From: a virus | Lineage: Duplodnaviria; Caudoviricetes | IMG/VR virus record: IMGVR_UViG_3300021387_001666 | Span: 44,189 to 108,188 of that record | Length of the DNA stretch: 64,000 bases | Strand: one strand, 5' to 3' | Part shown: positions 35,501 through 42,632 of the stretch, one piece after another | Layout of the letters: the number at the start of each line of letters is the position of its first letter | Numbering within the stretch: position 1 is the stretch's first letter | Position numbers and translations under genes: made by a program | Notes under the pieces: generated by a model | Seen by the model: only the letters and a program-made list of their open reading frames with translations | Told to the model about the DNA's origin: nothing | Databases searched by the model: none

Positions 35501-38034
35501 GAAATCCTAGACTGAGCTGGCTTTCCTACTTGAGTCACCTTATAGCTCTCAGAATTAATGAACCTGTAGCCTCTGGTATATCTGTCATAACCCCAGTTAG
35601 AATAACCTGTAAGAGGTTCACCCACATGAGGTATAGAATCATTATAGCCAAGGAGACTTCTTACATAGTTGTTATAGTCTGTAACAGCCTTGTTGGTATA
35701 AGCCAAAATCCTGAAGAAGTTAGAATTATCCTTTAATCCTTGGATATACTGTCTGATAACCTTGCCAATTTCTTCACGGCTCTTAGGAGTAAGATAACCT
35801 ACACCTTCTCCTCTTTCATTGAAACTGGATTCACCTGACAGAGGCTTACCATTACGGATATTAGTAGCTTCCTTCAAGATTGCATTGTCATCAGTACGTT
35901 CTACCTGAGTAAGTTCTATTACCCTTCCTTCGGAGTTGCGGAATACCTTAGACACCTGAGTTTCATTGACAGGAGCCAATTGAGCTTTATCCCCTACATA
36001 AATAATCTTCAGACCATTCTCACGGGCTATTCTATTGAGAATACCATAGTTCTCTTCATTAATCATAGAGGCTTCATCTATGACCACTGTAGTGCCTGGA
36101 GTTACATTTGCTTCTTTTAATGCAGTTACCAGATTCCTTGCATTATAAGCCTTTGAAGAGTCAACTTCTACATTAATACCAAACACCTTGTTAAGAGTTT
36201 GAGCATCAAAACCAGCCTTAGATACTCTGGATTTCAGAACAGCAGCAGCCTTGTTAGTAGTAGCACTGAACATAATAGCCTTATGCTGCCTCTTAGCCTT
36301 CTGAGCAATAATCTCCATAAGGGACGTCTTACCAGTACCGGCATAACCTGAGAGAGTCATGGTAGTCTCATTTGAGTTGAGGAAATCATTCATGACATTC
36401 AGTGCTTCTGCTTGCTGTTCATTAGGCTTAAATGGAACAGTAACAGTAGTACCATCATTGAAAGTGAAAGGCTGTGGACCAATCACCTGACGCTCCTTCT
36501 TGGAAGGTTGCTTGGGTTTCTCTATAGGCTTTGCTGTTACAATACTATTATCAATCTTATATGTTCCATTACGTTGTAGGTCTGGAGTATTAAGCCTTAG
36601 GTCAGCATCAATAACCACCAAATTTCCATTAGGAGTTTTTATTACATTCTCATTATGAAGATCTGAAGCATATACAAACTCTGTTGTATAAGTATTGCCT
36701 CTATCCTTGCTAGTTTTCTTAAACCCTGCTTTCTTCATAAAATCTTCTATCTCCAATAATGTAGGAGCTATACCTTCCACAAAGGGCTGGTCAACAATGA
36801 ACTGGAATTCTCCTTTTCCATCTCTTCCAAATCCTACAACCTTTAAAGGGGCTGCTGGGAATAATGTATTGTGTAGAGTGATTCTATCAAGAGCAAATTG
36901 TGGAGTAATGAAATACTCTGTTGAAAGCACTTTCCTAATAGTGTGGCTATCCTTTCTATAGATTTGTGCCTCACCACCATCCATATCCTCATAATGCTCC
37001 ATACCTTTGGTTGCCTTATGAAGATTATCAAACCATACTCCTTGAGCCTTAGCCCAATTCTCTATTATTGCTTCTTGGACAGGTTGTTGTCTTTGGTCTC
37101 TTTCATACCTTTCGGCACTTGAGAGGTTCTGTGATTTTTCCTCATTTGTTCCACCATATCCTCTGAGGAGTAATGACGCTTCTGCATGGATTTTACCTCC
37201 TCTACGGAATCCTTCTGTTGCTTCCTGAGGAAATCGTTGATAAATGAATTTCCCATTTTCAATACCTTTTGCTAAATATTCTAATGCTTTTATTTGTTTT
37301 GGAGACCAGTCTCTCTTAGTGAGTACTCCTTGTTCCTCAGTTGCTCGTAAACTGCTGTTTCGTCCCTTGATGATGGCCTGTGATTCTCCAAGTAGTCCCA
37401 CATCTGCTGATGAGTTCCCTTGACTATCAGTTCCTGCATTTCCTTTACTTCTGCCTTCATATTTATCTAACTGTAATATTTGTTCTAAGTTACTAAGTAC
37501 TTTTTGATTGAGTTCTTGAGTCATTGTAGGTGCAAAGGTAACACTTTTTTCTGAATTAAGCATTCTCTGCCTACTAATTAACTCATAATCTCTTTCATCT
37601 TGCTCTGTAATAACAGGTATCATATTGCCTTCAGCATCATATACAGGAGACAACTTACCATTAGCAAGACTAAGCTTTTCTACAGGCTTCTTGATTCTTA
37701 ACACAAAGTTACCATCAGCATTCTTGTATCTTACTACAGCCTCCTTAGGAAAATAGGTAATAGCTTCAACCCATGCTATATTGGATTCATTCTCACTATT
37801 AAAAATCTTAGGCTCTTGGTAAGATGCCTGCCAGAAACTTCTAACCGTAGGCATTGATTCTACATACTCAATGTTACCTAACTGAGCATTGATGTAAATA
37901 TCAGAAGGAAAGACATCTTCCTGACCAGACTCCCTGTAGTACTTATGTATGATTTGCTCCAGTATGTTACTGTCCAGACTCATTTTTCTGGCTAATCTTA
38001 TAAACTCAGGGCTGTTCTTATCTACACATACCAT
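26587..38034 (-). CDS. Virion-packaged RNA polymerase polyprotein (phi14:2 gp66-like) with N-terminal passenger domains
   Basis: 3815 aa; SRIPTEDKYS and DSDFDVDK (29098-29112) catalytic motifs; N-terminal kinase-like, SF1 helicase, A1S_2505-like and GNAT-like segments. Confidence 0.9.
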   Translation of the reverse strand: MVCVDKNSPEFIRLARKMSLDSNILEQIIHKYYRESGQEDVFPSDIYINAQLGNIEYVESMPTVRSFWQASYQEPKIFNSENESNIAWVEAITYFPKEAVVRYKNADGNFVLRIKKPVEKLSLANGKLSPVYDAEGNMIPVITEQDERDYELISRQRMLNSEKSVTFAPTMTQELNQKVLSNLEQILQLDKYEGRSKGNAGTDSQGNSSADVGLLGESQAIIKGRNSSLRATEEQGVLTKRDWSPKQIKALEYLAKGIENGKFIYQRFPQEATEGFRRGGKIHAEASLLLRGYGGTNEEKSQNLSSAERYERDQRQQPVQEAIIENWAKAQGVWFDNLHKATKGMEHYEDMDGGEAQIYRKDSHTIRKVLSTEYFITPQFALDRITLHNTLFPAAPLKVVGFGRDGKGEFQFIVDQPFVEGIAPTLLEIEDFMKKAGFKKTSKDRGNTYTTEFVYASDLHNENVIKTPNGNLVVIDADLRLNTPDLQRNGTYKIDNSIVTAKPIEKPKQPSKKERQVIGPQPFTFNDGTTVTVPFKPNEQQAEALNVMNDFLNSNETTMTLSGYAGTGKTSLMEIIAQKAKRQHKAIMFSATTNKAAAVLKSRVSKAGFDAQTLNKVFGINVEVDSSKAYNARNLVTALKEANVTPGTTVVIDEASMINEENYGILNRIARENGLKIIYVGDKAQLAPVNETQVSKVFRNSEGRVIELTQVERTDDNAILKEATNIRNGKPLSGESSFNERGEGVGYLTPKSREEIGKVIRQYIQGLKDNSNFFRILAYTNKAVTDYNNYVRSLLGYNDSIPHVGEPLTGYSNWGYDRYTRGYRFINSESYKVTQVGKPAQSRISVNGQEFTMTYVPITMENSLGETDTFNYMDIKGNQENRQAALQLATQKKTLWEQYRRAVGREAKGNILSQINSIDQFLFVNDNIEDPTTHNLLQPKTVDFGYALTIHKSQGSTFTHVLMDDIDVAKASNTLNNAANAMSVVDLGDAGLIADASMEIRSSEDVDLGDLSSVPAEETPGSNPNIANVRQQLEYVGVSRATNTVTIISNNVKTEGSPLAPQNTTSTESKISNNNGVPASYEGLITPDANTVFVFGSNPKGIHGAGTAATAKSKFGAIQGQGEGLQGSAYALPTKNLDKAKNTRWYRPSPKEETEVKEWYENHSFSEMQSHPLNAERSMTPHQIIEGIQKLYETARQNPDKQFKVSHYPFGKLSLNGYLGEEMLAMFKQAGEVPSNVQFNKEWTDHWNDDTFNTINQGDNRSNNNQIKYSNEFRRVQEAVRKGSNGAVGKGGIGQDATERLGKLLQRELESQSGFSSLGTRVLTHSQTGTKFTIHEQVDPQLFHDIFEVVKFYTKNGELVDLHDDYSNCKCYLNEDGTCGFAIEPDGNLVSLFNLQLNKGFLSAVAPYLIEQGATHLDTYNSSKQPLKEIYERVLGAKVASSMDYNMKYDHDNIATNHGNPEVVFMVIGDAAKGEVIEKHFTKDQYNEAVEHQKSYLPDPNALLPVEAPEEPQRVSLPSYEYFMDKTEDTIVDASWKIPMLQELDSQINTELTPEKNNDILDRMTRILEAKNQEDLLNLLSDEPKTNEKVEQNLTEFEKMTQQINNLLDSNIISASEIRHVAELVVNSISDTITILQKEEGAAEKFFPNIQTDLDFKNASRKEIVEAIGINNLIHRAKQQFDPEQNDYEDFDTIDQADLIIDNWDAIMTLATDTFAMTEGFGIMRNYDKGGFATTQNSTVDFDNFNDYSNDPDAMAESEKDEQEHWQVEQRTIDVLNSMSQMVRLALHECYQMDKEGNKVMSKWGIAERINPRQAVNSILRWTQGSLTLEDMIGKMQGKATQNPWLNQLIERLSDKSGKETDFQSQFFGVFSKHFQPYSVVLLEDGKYHSIPVNSHPALSEAMQTITTQFKIGEHPLFTDKGINRKLLGSDNTIDAKSPFNLHQALTALNTIQDRLQHGEQLDNAMSKEAAANIMGVCKVIGYPVTEEMLSDVINEENLSKMTKSLGFMVRSLDAAREEQFRNAGTPNAKIYNPFAFNSDNGIAGTLRNFLTPITDTLEDTAVSAFYDSGKMYQSYVTPSFMTKLMNKFRLEGQEFEDFIMQEYGSTEWFKSAKNQWDINKGWRNEWLRLLATDENARKVFDHKVELNFNKHNYMRNMSDAEYTLSLITEYFAETGQKKEALVPAWFRVPIMSNKPSSEFIKFYSYRGTNYKDEIIYGLHQIFNQELSRIQTVNMRNHSKGDADFIANFDTNGRKFNFLPFLNQFLEKNNSSELAKLLQKKINGLEVLTAEEEAKLSTLVDQAIRQDMENRVATILSQWENSGIIEAAKNIEGVGTEDAQIRTNLENFLWNDNFAAKNILQLTITDIAFYKDAEDLQKRLAQIHAPGIRGNVAATDYNGNRVSDGKYRTVLIQGLQKFKTDLIANIAEVFDRKIAAAPEGQKAQLKALKESLVGENGRYTKIDVTDGQAYSSPSSYRKKAFIFGKWSRQAEDIYQKLLKGDYNYTDLEVAFQPLKPFVYTHLQNDMGIDNAPIHQMPVPFQAKNSEYLLIMADALLQGEKTSKPNILRAIYRVMEDSERLNPTKGIDTIQFDSAIKSGLQAPIDLNPFLDMEGGEEAAYEYMKRMVYKLDDQGNPSNEYATDTYVHEGLYEDYCLQQEVPEHFKNHSQAHGSQIRMIIPSDLDLYKNPNADHNDPDNQVFYEWTEPDGTKKKVRANEFRREYEQTIADNIRESIDQLSQELHINSEDKKERNIALSKILQREILSSPRYGIDLIQACSIDKETGEFRIPKGDPIQAKRIEQLINSIIKNRVNKQKIAGGPIVQVTNFGTSRQLHIRFNSKDGGLLMTREEYEQNPLKKEMSQTDKFNARYDRKTASGNMTYEEYVKQNQAGIAYFEVFIPMWANEIFEKFSNENGSINMEALEATDPELLKMISSRIPTEDKYSCAPMKAVGFMPREAGDAIMFPYELTEIDDSDFDVDKRYVMRKDIPIVRKPKHIIHKELFDIVEDSYKKQHNGKELPANIASEIEVFLDSPDTMRSKSAFTQWLYSQYQKVAYTTNAPTSGRKYRDNKIVDMTWAVLTNEMTADKILNPGGFDVFKRAGYMVAAYKNSANNYSWEQLQQMSIDELNKLSYTDKDLTWLDTQIQFYKQNAAAASLIGVFAVNKVAHATLESNDYYVAVDEICGNEPFIIADTEFSGRMKVDPSHDNEGNLIGKTIGAGVSASADAAKTPVLNLMNINLTTAGVFNTLLRLGMAPNDASLFMSQEVIERVLNEFNRENLTNYKPLSTIIEEHIGNLRDKHNIDDGSNINTEPLSREELVEGLTSEDHEVIDYKVLLAFQKIRSLVDAIRKPTFATRFNSVSSAVGPLIIDNLIMEHKMEQFTDAASEDGTHFYDSKGNPVDIDDIFYDHPILKEFSRTVDIAKAMFSDMPAGSTGFRELLATLPEGLTDKVYNDKKLLDNLSNFYQSYLLIASRMVNPANLKRFIDNFPKYFNDQKFKEKYADNALISAIRKNVSKRTGRTFLSINITGIDESQKEMYRNAWIDLHKDNPELSKQLFEYCFFRAGIGFSPKTFMSLVPAYVKERLSTDLGNGSQATYVDTYRMFPSVNPNVVIDQWVRNNWDNNKLVPKKGGEGTHYTVDLKRGTLVARDPKDMADLKGSTYIKTRHNGQTYLWKQIIADKTAVNYVMVKPLGNNAEYLEMNLSDITKPMSETKETIEDMQESELQAISPAEAEAAETSTTDITTDSEKTKQVAELADLIQKQNPKFNKTQALNQIERMKEKPDLYAGFLVNVYKQKGLNLTKEEALAEFKKLC

Positions 38035-38059
38035 AAATTAAATATTTAATTTGATTTTG

Positions 38060-38069
38060 TGCAAAGGTA
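38060..38069 (-). promoter_or_regulatory. -7 promoter element TACCTTTGCA for the RNAP gene
   Basis: 25 nt upstream of ATG 38034. Confidence 0.75.
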
Positions 38070-38140
38070 ATCTATTCTTATTATCTAAAGGGTCGGTTTA
38101 ATCAAAGCCTTTATATGACTTATTATTCTTGTAAGAATTC

Positions 38141-38173
38141 AAAAAAGAGGGAACAGCATAGCCATTCCCTCTT
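38141..38173 (-). terminator. Terminator ending the replication-gene block
   Basis: aagagggaa...ttccctctt hairpin with T tract on the minus strand. Confidence 0.8.
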
Positions 38174-38178
38174 AATTG

Positions 38179-38358
38179 TTATTCTTCAGTATATTCTTGA
38201 ATAAAAGTTCCAACCATCTGATAAAGAAGCTTTAAGTCTTTCATAGATAAGGTTGGTGTTTCAGAAGCATACCTACCTAGGATAATACTAATTTTAATGT
38301 CTCTGCCATATTTGTCTGGCTCATCAGTGTTGTACACTTTAAATTTATAGTCTTCCAT
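38179..38358 (-). CDS. Small hypothetical protein (59 aa), not in ORF track
   Basis: MEDYKFKVYNTDEPDKYGRD... Confidence 0.55.
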   Translation of the reverse strand: MEDYKFKVYNTDEPDKYGRDIKISIILGRYASETPTLSMKDLKLLYQMVGTFIQEYTEE

Positions 38359-38396
38359 GCTTTAATAACGGAGGCTTATAAATATTATTGTGCTGA

Positions 38397-38969
38397 TTAC
38401 TCATCTACCTCAAATTCATGCACATAAATATAGTTCTCATCATCAGTGCCAGAGTCCTCATGTTCAGCATTGAATTTATCTACATCTTCCTTTGATTTCA
38501 CCTTGCCATAAGTCAGCTTATCAAGCCATTTATAGACCTGTTCTTCAGTTTCAAAGTACTCTGAATTATAGATGTCATCAATAGCAGTATCTACCCAATA
38601 CCTCACAGAAAAGTACTTGCCTTCCTTATCATTGGTGCAGTATATTTCACAACCAGACTCTTCTACTATCCAGTATACCTTAATGTCAGAGAACTTTTTC
38701 TTCAAGAGTTCTGCAAAATCCTGTAGTCCCCATCTCTCTTCTGCATAGAATCTAAGAACTCCATTCTCTAAAGTAGGCTCATCAGATATTTCTCCTCCAA
38801 GTCTTTTATCCTCTATCTTTTCTTCTGTAAACCCAAGATTGATACAAGTCTGATACTCTTCCCAATGAGGCTTGTCACTGTGAATAGCCAAACAAATAGC
38901 CCCAAGAATCTCTACAAGACTCTTCTCACTTCCTTCAATAGCGTATGATACACTTGCCATGTTTGCCAT
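38397..38969 (-). CDS. Hypothetical protein
   Basis: 190-aa acidic ORF in a tightly packed block. Confidence 0.75.
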   Translation of the reverse strand: MANMASVSYAIEGSEKSLVEILGAICLAIHSDKPHWEEYQTCINLGFTEEKIEDKRLGGEISDEPTLENGVLRFYAEERWGLQDFAELLKKKFSDIKVYWIVEESGCEIYCTNDKEGKYFSVRYWVDTAIDDIYNSEYFETEEQVYKWLDKLTYGKVKSKEDVDKFNAEHEDSGTDDENYIYVHEFEVDE

Positions 38970-38971
38970 AA

Positions 38972-39208
38972 TTATCTTCCTTTTAATGCTTCTTTTAGAC
39001 CTTCCATAAAGTTATCTGTCCACTCAGAGTTGCCATTACTAACAAAGCTTTCTACTGTATCAAGAGTATCTTCTTGTCCTAACTCCCAGCCATGCATTAC
39101 ATTCTGGAGATATTCACATTTATACTGCATGTCTCTTATATAGTAGCCACATACTTCTGACTGACCACATTTCTCACAGAGTTCTGCTGCTCTTTCCTGA
39201 TATGTCAT
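38972..39208 (-). CDS. Hypothetical Cys-containing protein
   Basis: CEKC...C...C. Confidence 0.65.
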   Translation of the reverse strand: MTYQERAAELCEKCGQSEVCGYYIRDMQYKCEYLQNVMHGWELGQEDTLDTVESFVSNGNSEWTDNFMEGLKEALKGR

Positions 39209-39209
39209 A

Positions 39210-39395
39210 TCACTTAGGTCTTGTTTTCTTGAGTTTCTTGTCTATATAGTTAAGGATGGTTTCAAAATGCTTTCTCAACCACTCTCTTTCTTCAGAAGTA
39301 AGACGAGATGTTTCTATCAAGTCACACCTGTCAACATCAATTCTCATCTCAGCTATTTTGTTGCGATAGCCTATAATAGGTTTGCTCCAAATCAT
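39210..39395 (-). CDS. Hypothetical protein
   Basis: 61-aa ORF, tight packing. Confidence 0.6.
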   Translation of the reverse strand: MIWSKPIIGYRNKIAEMRIDVDRCDLIETSRLTSEEREWLRKHFETILNYIDKKLKKTRPK

Positions 39396-39406
39396 AAGTA
39401 TTTTGT

Positions 39407-39763
39407 TTATTTACAGTATTGACCAAACATTGGCTGGAACATGGAATGTTCCATATAACATATAGGAGAGTTAATGTCTTTGAACATCCTCTCTTTGGCA
39501 TCTTTGGTGATTCCTACTAATCTGCCAGTGCGATAGGGATTCTTGCCAGATTCTCCGTCCCTGACCTCAATAATCATCAAGCCCTCGGCATCAATGACCT
39601 TCTGACAATCATCACACAGGCCCATTGCCACATCTCTTGGAGCTTCTTTATCTCCCTTGAGTCTTCCAAACAAGGCAACACCAATCTCTTTTCCACAGCA
39701 CTCACAGTGAGTAACTGAAGGATTTACCCCATGTTTGGGGGATAGCTTTATACTTTTACTCAT
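39407..39763 (-). CDS. Conserved phage protein with CxxC pairs
   Basis: SIKLSPKHGVNPS..CECCGK...CDDC. Confidence 0.7.
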   Translation of the reverse strand: MSKSIKLSPKHGVNPSVTHCECCGKEIGVALFGRLKGDKEAPRDVAMGLCDDCQKVIDAEGLMIIEVRDGESGKNPYRTGRLVGITKDAKERMFKDINSPICYMEHSMFQPMFGQYCK

Positions 39764-39778
39764 ACTGCTAAATTCTTT

Positions 39779-39943
39779 TCAGTCAATCATTATACATCCG
39801 TATTGTTTACCCCATTTCCTGTCATTAAGGACTTCTACCTTATATGGAGTGTAATAACTCGGACCATCAAACATTACTATCTCCCTGTCAAGATTTTCAT
39901 CTCCAAGGTCTTGAAGGGCTTTGATTAGTTCTCTTCCTGTCAT
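39779..39943 (-). CDS. Small hypothetical protein
   Basis: MTGRELIKALQDL start at 39943. Confidence 0.6.
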   Translation of the reverse strand: MTGRELIKALQDLGDENLDREIVMFDGPSYYTPYKVEVLNDRKWGKQYGCIMID

Positions 39944-39956
39944 AGTCAACTGAAAT

Positions 39957-40979
39957 TTACATATTATTTGAGTTACTAATTTCATTCCATATACCATGTT
40001 TATCTGCTTCCTCCTTCATCAGAGTAGCAAGCTGCAACATATTGGGATGTGGTTTTCCTGTTGTACCAAAGTATCTGAGGTCAAAGAAGTGCTTCCAGTC
40101 AGAGGCAAATGCAGTATGCACAATCTCAGTAGCTGTGCAGAGAGGTAGAACTTCTCTTGCTTGTTGTGGTTGCCACCCTTGCTTAAGAAGTTCCATATAA
40201 TTATTCTCACTTACTGCCAAAGAATCTAACCATAAATCACATATTTTAGCTTCTTCAAGAGTAAAATAATCATTAGGTCTTACAGAATAAGATTCTTTAG
40301 ACAAATCATTTGGTTGTATTCTATAATTTAAACCGTCAGCCCAATAAGCATTACTTTCAGGAATATTTAACCAACTAGGAATGCAAAACGTTATTTCTCC
40401 ACCAAACTTATCTTTACTATAGTTACAGTATCTTGTACTCTGTTCTGCTATACTATTGACTCTATGACGATTCATCTCACGAGTTACTCCTATAGAAGTG
40501 ATACAACGGAAAGTGTATCTCTTCTCATGATATTCTGTAGGTTCACACATGTGCATTAAAAATTCATTATGTATACCTTGCATATCACCTAGCTCATGTT
40601 CCCAAATATACCTTAGGTTTGTAGTAATGTAAGCATCATAAGTGTTAGGATATTCCTCACTTGGCACTGTGTTGATTCTACAATATGGAGTATTTAACCA
40701 AGGATACATTGCTGTAGATACTGCCCTCCCACTTGGAAATATGCTTCTATTTTCTTTGTCTTGATATGCACATATTATCTTAAGATATACAGTACCATGT
40801 TCCAACATAGCAAAGTGTCGAGATTTAATCATTCTATCGACAAAAGGTTTGGCACTATCTTCTGTAATCTTATCTGTTGACTCATAACAGGTTCTTCCTG
40901 CAAGTTCTATCTGCTTATATATTCCTTCCAAGCCATTAGGTTGGATAAGAAGTTCTGCTTTTGGTTTTATTAGTTTCAT
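39957..40979 (-). CDS. thyX: FAD-dependent thymidylate synthase
   Basis: AGRTCY, H.AMLEH, RHRVNSIAEQSTRY, AREVLP motifs. Confidence 0.95.
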   Translation of the reverse strand: MKLIKPKAELLIQPNGLEGIYKQIELAGRTCYESTDKITEDSAKPFVDRMIKSRHFAMLEHGTVYLKIICAYQDKENRSIFPSGRAVSTAMYPWLNTPYCRINTVPSEEYPNTYDAYITTNLRYIWEHELGDMQGIHNEFLMHMCEPTEYHEKRYTFRCITSIGVTREMNRHRVNSIAEQSTRYCNYSKDKFGGEITFCIPSWLNIPESNAYWADGLNYRIQPNDLSKESYSVRPNDYFTLEEAKICDLWLDSLAVSENNYMELLKQGWQPQQAREVLPLCTATEIVHTAFASDWKHFFDLRYFGTTGKPHPNMLQLATLMKEEADKHGIWNEISNSNNM

Positions 40980-41179
40980 ACTCTCTGTTTTGCAAATTCT
41001 ATATTATAATCCTTGCCCACCAAAGAGGGAAGGCTTTCTTCTACAAACTTCTTGATGTCTTCACTGTTATAGGTTTCAATAACCTTGCCATCAATCAGCA
41101 TAGGAAAGCCCCTTTTGGTGTATTTCAGTTGTTTGTAAAACCTACCATTCTTAATGATGTCTAATAAGATAGGAGTCAT
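40976..41179 (-). CDS. Hypothetical protein
   Basis: 67 aa, 4-nt overlaps on both sides. Confidence 0.65.
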   Translation of the reverse strand: MTPILLDIIKNGRFYKQLKYTKRGFPMLIDGKVIETYNSEDIKKFVEESLPSLVGKDYNIEFAKQRV

Positions 41180-41349
41180 TTCAGTATACCTTTATGCTTG
41201 ATTACTTCGAACTTACCTGCCATCCAGTTACAGTTGTTAAGATTAAATCCTAAATTACTGATATACTCTTCATCAATACTGTCTGGATTATTAACATGAT
41301 ACACATGAACTTTACCAGTTTCATGGTCTAAAACAATAAGTCTTTTCAT
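41176..41349 (-). CDS. Hypothetical protein
   Basis: MKRLIVLDHETGKVHVY start. Confidence 0.6.
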   Translation of the reverse strand: MKRLIVLDHETGKVHVYHVNNPDSIDEEYISNLGFNLNNCNWMAGKFEVIKHKGILK

Positions 41350-41350
41350 G

Positions 41351-41482
41351 CTAATTATAGTTACATTCAGGCTCATATGGATCTACTGTGCAATCCCTAT
41401 CATTACAATAGTTTCTTATACTTCCATCAGGTCTTTTCTCTTCACGAAAATACCCACAATGATAACAACTTGAACGTCTCAT
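41351..41482 (-). CDS. Small Cys-rich protein (43 aa), not in ORF track
   Basis: MRRSSCYHCGYF...YC..RDC...EC fills the gap exactly. Confidence 0.55.
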   Translation of the reverse strand: MRRSSCYHCGYFREEKRPDGSIRNYCNDRDCTVDPYEPECNYN

Positions 41483-41484
41483 AG

Positions 41485-41961
41485 TTACTTCTTTTTAGTT
41501 GATTTGCTTTTCTTTACTATTGTAGGATTCTCAAAAGCATCCTTACTGACTACTGGAGGTTTGATACCAGGAATTTCATAGAAGCATCCTACAGCCAATC
41601 TCACCAGATTACCAAGAAGATAACAGAAAGGTTCCTGATTAGTAAGGGATACCTCAGACTTGATGAAGCACCATATCTCAAGGGCTACATGTCCACATTC
41701 ATGGGCTACAATAGAAGAGGTAAACTCTTCTTTCTTTTCTACCCATATCAATACACATGGAATACCTGTCTCTCTTTCTATCACTCTGTAGGTGCTTCCT
41801 GTAGAAGTTGGAGGAGCAATGTGAGCATTTCTATAAGCTTCCTCATAAGGTTGATAAAGTGCATTAACTTCCTCCTCCATCTCCCCAATTACCACCACAA
41901 AGTCAACTGGATATACTACCAGATTGAATTGCTTGACAATACCTTTTTCATTCAATATCAT
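41485..41961 (-). CDS. Small zincin-like metallopeptidase
   Basis: IVAHECGH (HExxH) and QEPFCYLLG. Confidence 0.65.
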   Translation of the reverse strand: MILNEKGIVKQFNLVVYPVDFVVVIGEMEEEVNALYQPYEEAYRNAHIAPPTSTGSTYRVIERETGIPCVLIWVEKKEEFTSSIVAHECGHVALEIWCFIKSEVSLTNQEPFCYLLGNLVRLAVGCFYEIPGIKPPVVSKDAFENPTIVKKSKSTKKK

Positions 41962-42241
41962 AAGACTGTTCGTATGGATTATTATCTTTATCTAAAAACT
42001 TACTTATGAAAACTTCCTTGGGTACTTCTTCCCAAGCACCACAATGAGAGCAGTGGAAGAGATAGTGGCTGTCATCTTTAGTTTCCTTCAGACCCTTATA
42101 CTTCATGGTATGGCCACAGTACTTGCACTTATGAAATTGAAGCTGTATGAAATAGGGTAGAAGAACAAGTGTCACAATCAGTGCTGCAAGGATAATAAGT
42201 CCTATGCATACACAGCTTAAAATAGTTAGTATTGTACTCAT
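41948..42241 (-). CDS. Membrane-anchored zinc-ribbon protein
   Basis: N-terminal TM, CKYC...CSHC. Confidence 0.7.
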   Translation of the reverse strand: MSTILTILSCVCIGLIILAALIVTLVLLPYFIQLQFHKCKYCGHTMKYKGLKETKDDSHYLFHCSHCGAWEEVPKEVFISKFLDKDNNPYEQSYDIE

Positions 42242-42242
42242 A

Positions 42243-42632
42243 TCAGTTTTCTAAATATGCTGTTTCATCTTCAGACCAATCCTTGCACTCATTGATAATA
42301 GCTTCTGTGAATTTAGGACTTTTAAAGACAATACCTTGTTCCAAGTCTCTTTCCAATACCTTTTCAAGAAGCTGGATAAGTTGGAGGGGGGTGTGGTAGT
42401 CATTACTATGATATTCTTCAGCCCAATCAGTGTCAGAGGTATCATCATACTCCTCATATATTCTGTTGTAGGCCTCACGTTCTACAACATGATTATAGTT
42501 GTTGGTAACTACCTTCACAGTCTTACTGAGAGACTGACTACAGGTAATCTCAAAACTTTTCTCTGGATTGTCTTTCTGCGTCCAGGGAGCCCTTTCTAGC
42601 TCACTGGCTGACATCATGGGATAGTTATCCAT
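42243..42632 (-). CDS. Hypothetical protein
   Basis: 129 aa, NYP...APW motif. Confidence 0.7.
   Translation of the reverse strand: MDNYPMMSASELERAPWTQKDNPEKSFEITCSQSLSKTVKVVTNNYNHVVEREAYNRIYEEYDDTSDTDWAEEYHSNDYHTPLQLIQLLEKVLERDLEQGIVFKSPKFTEAIINECKDWSEDETAYLEN

Noticed and set aside
27124-36961. Numerous plus-strand ORFs opposite the RNAP gene
   Set aside because: Antisense shadows of a long coding frame, with no promoters or motifs
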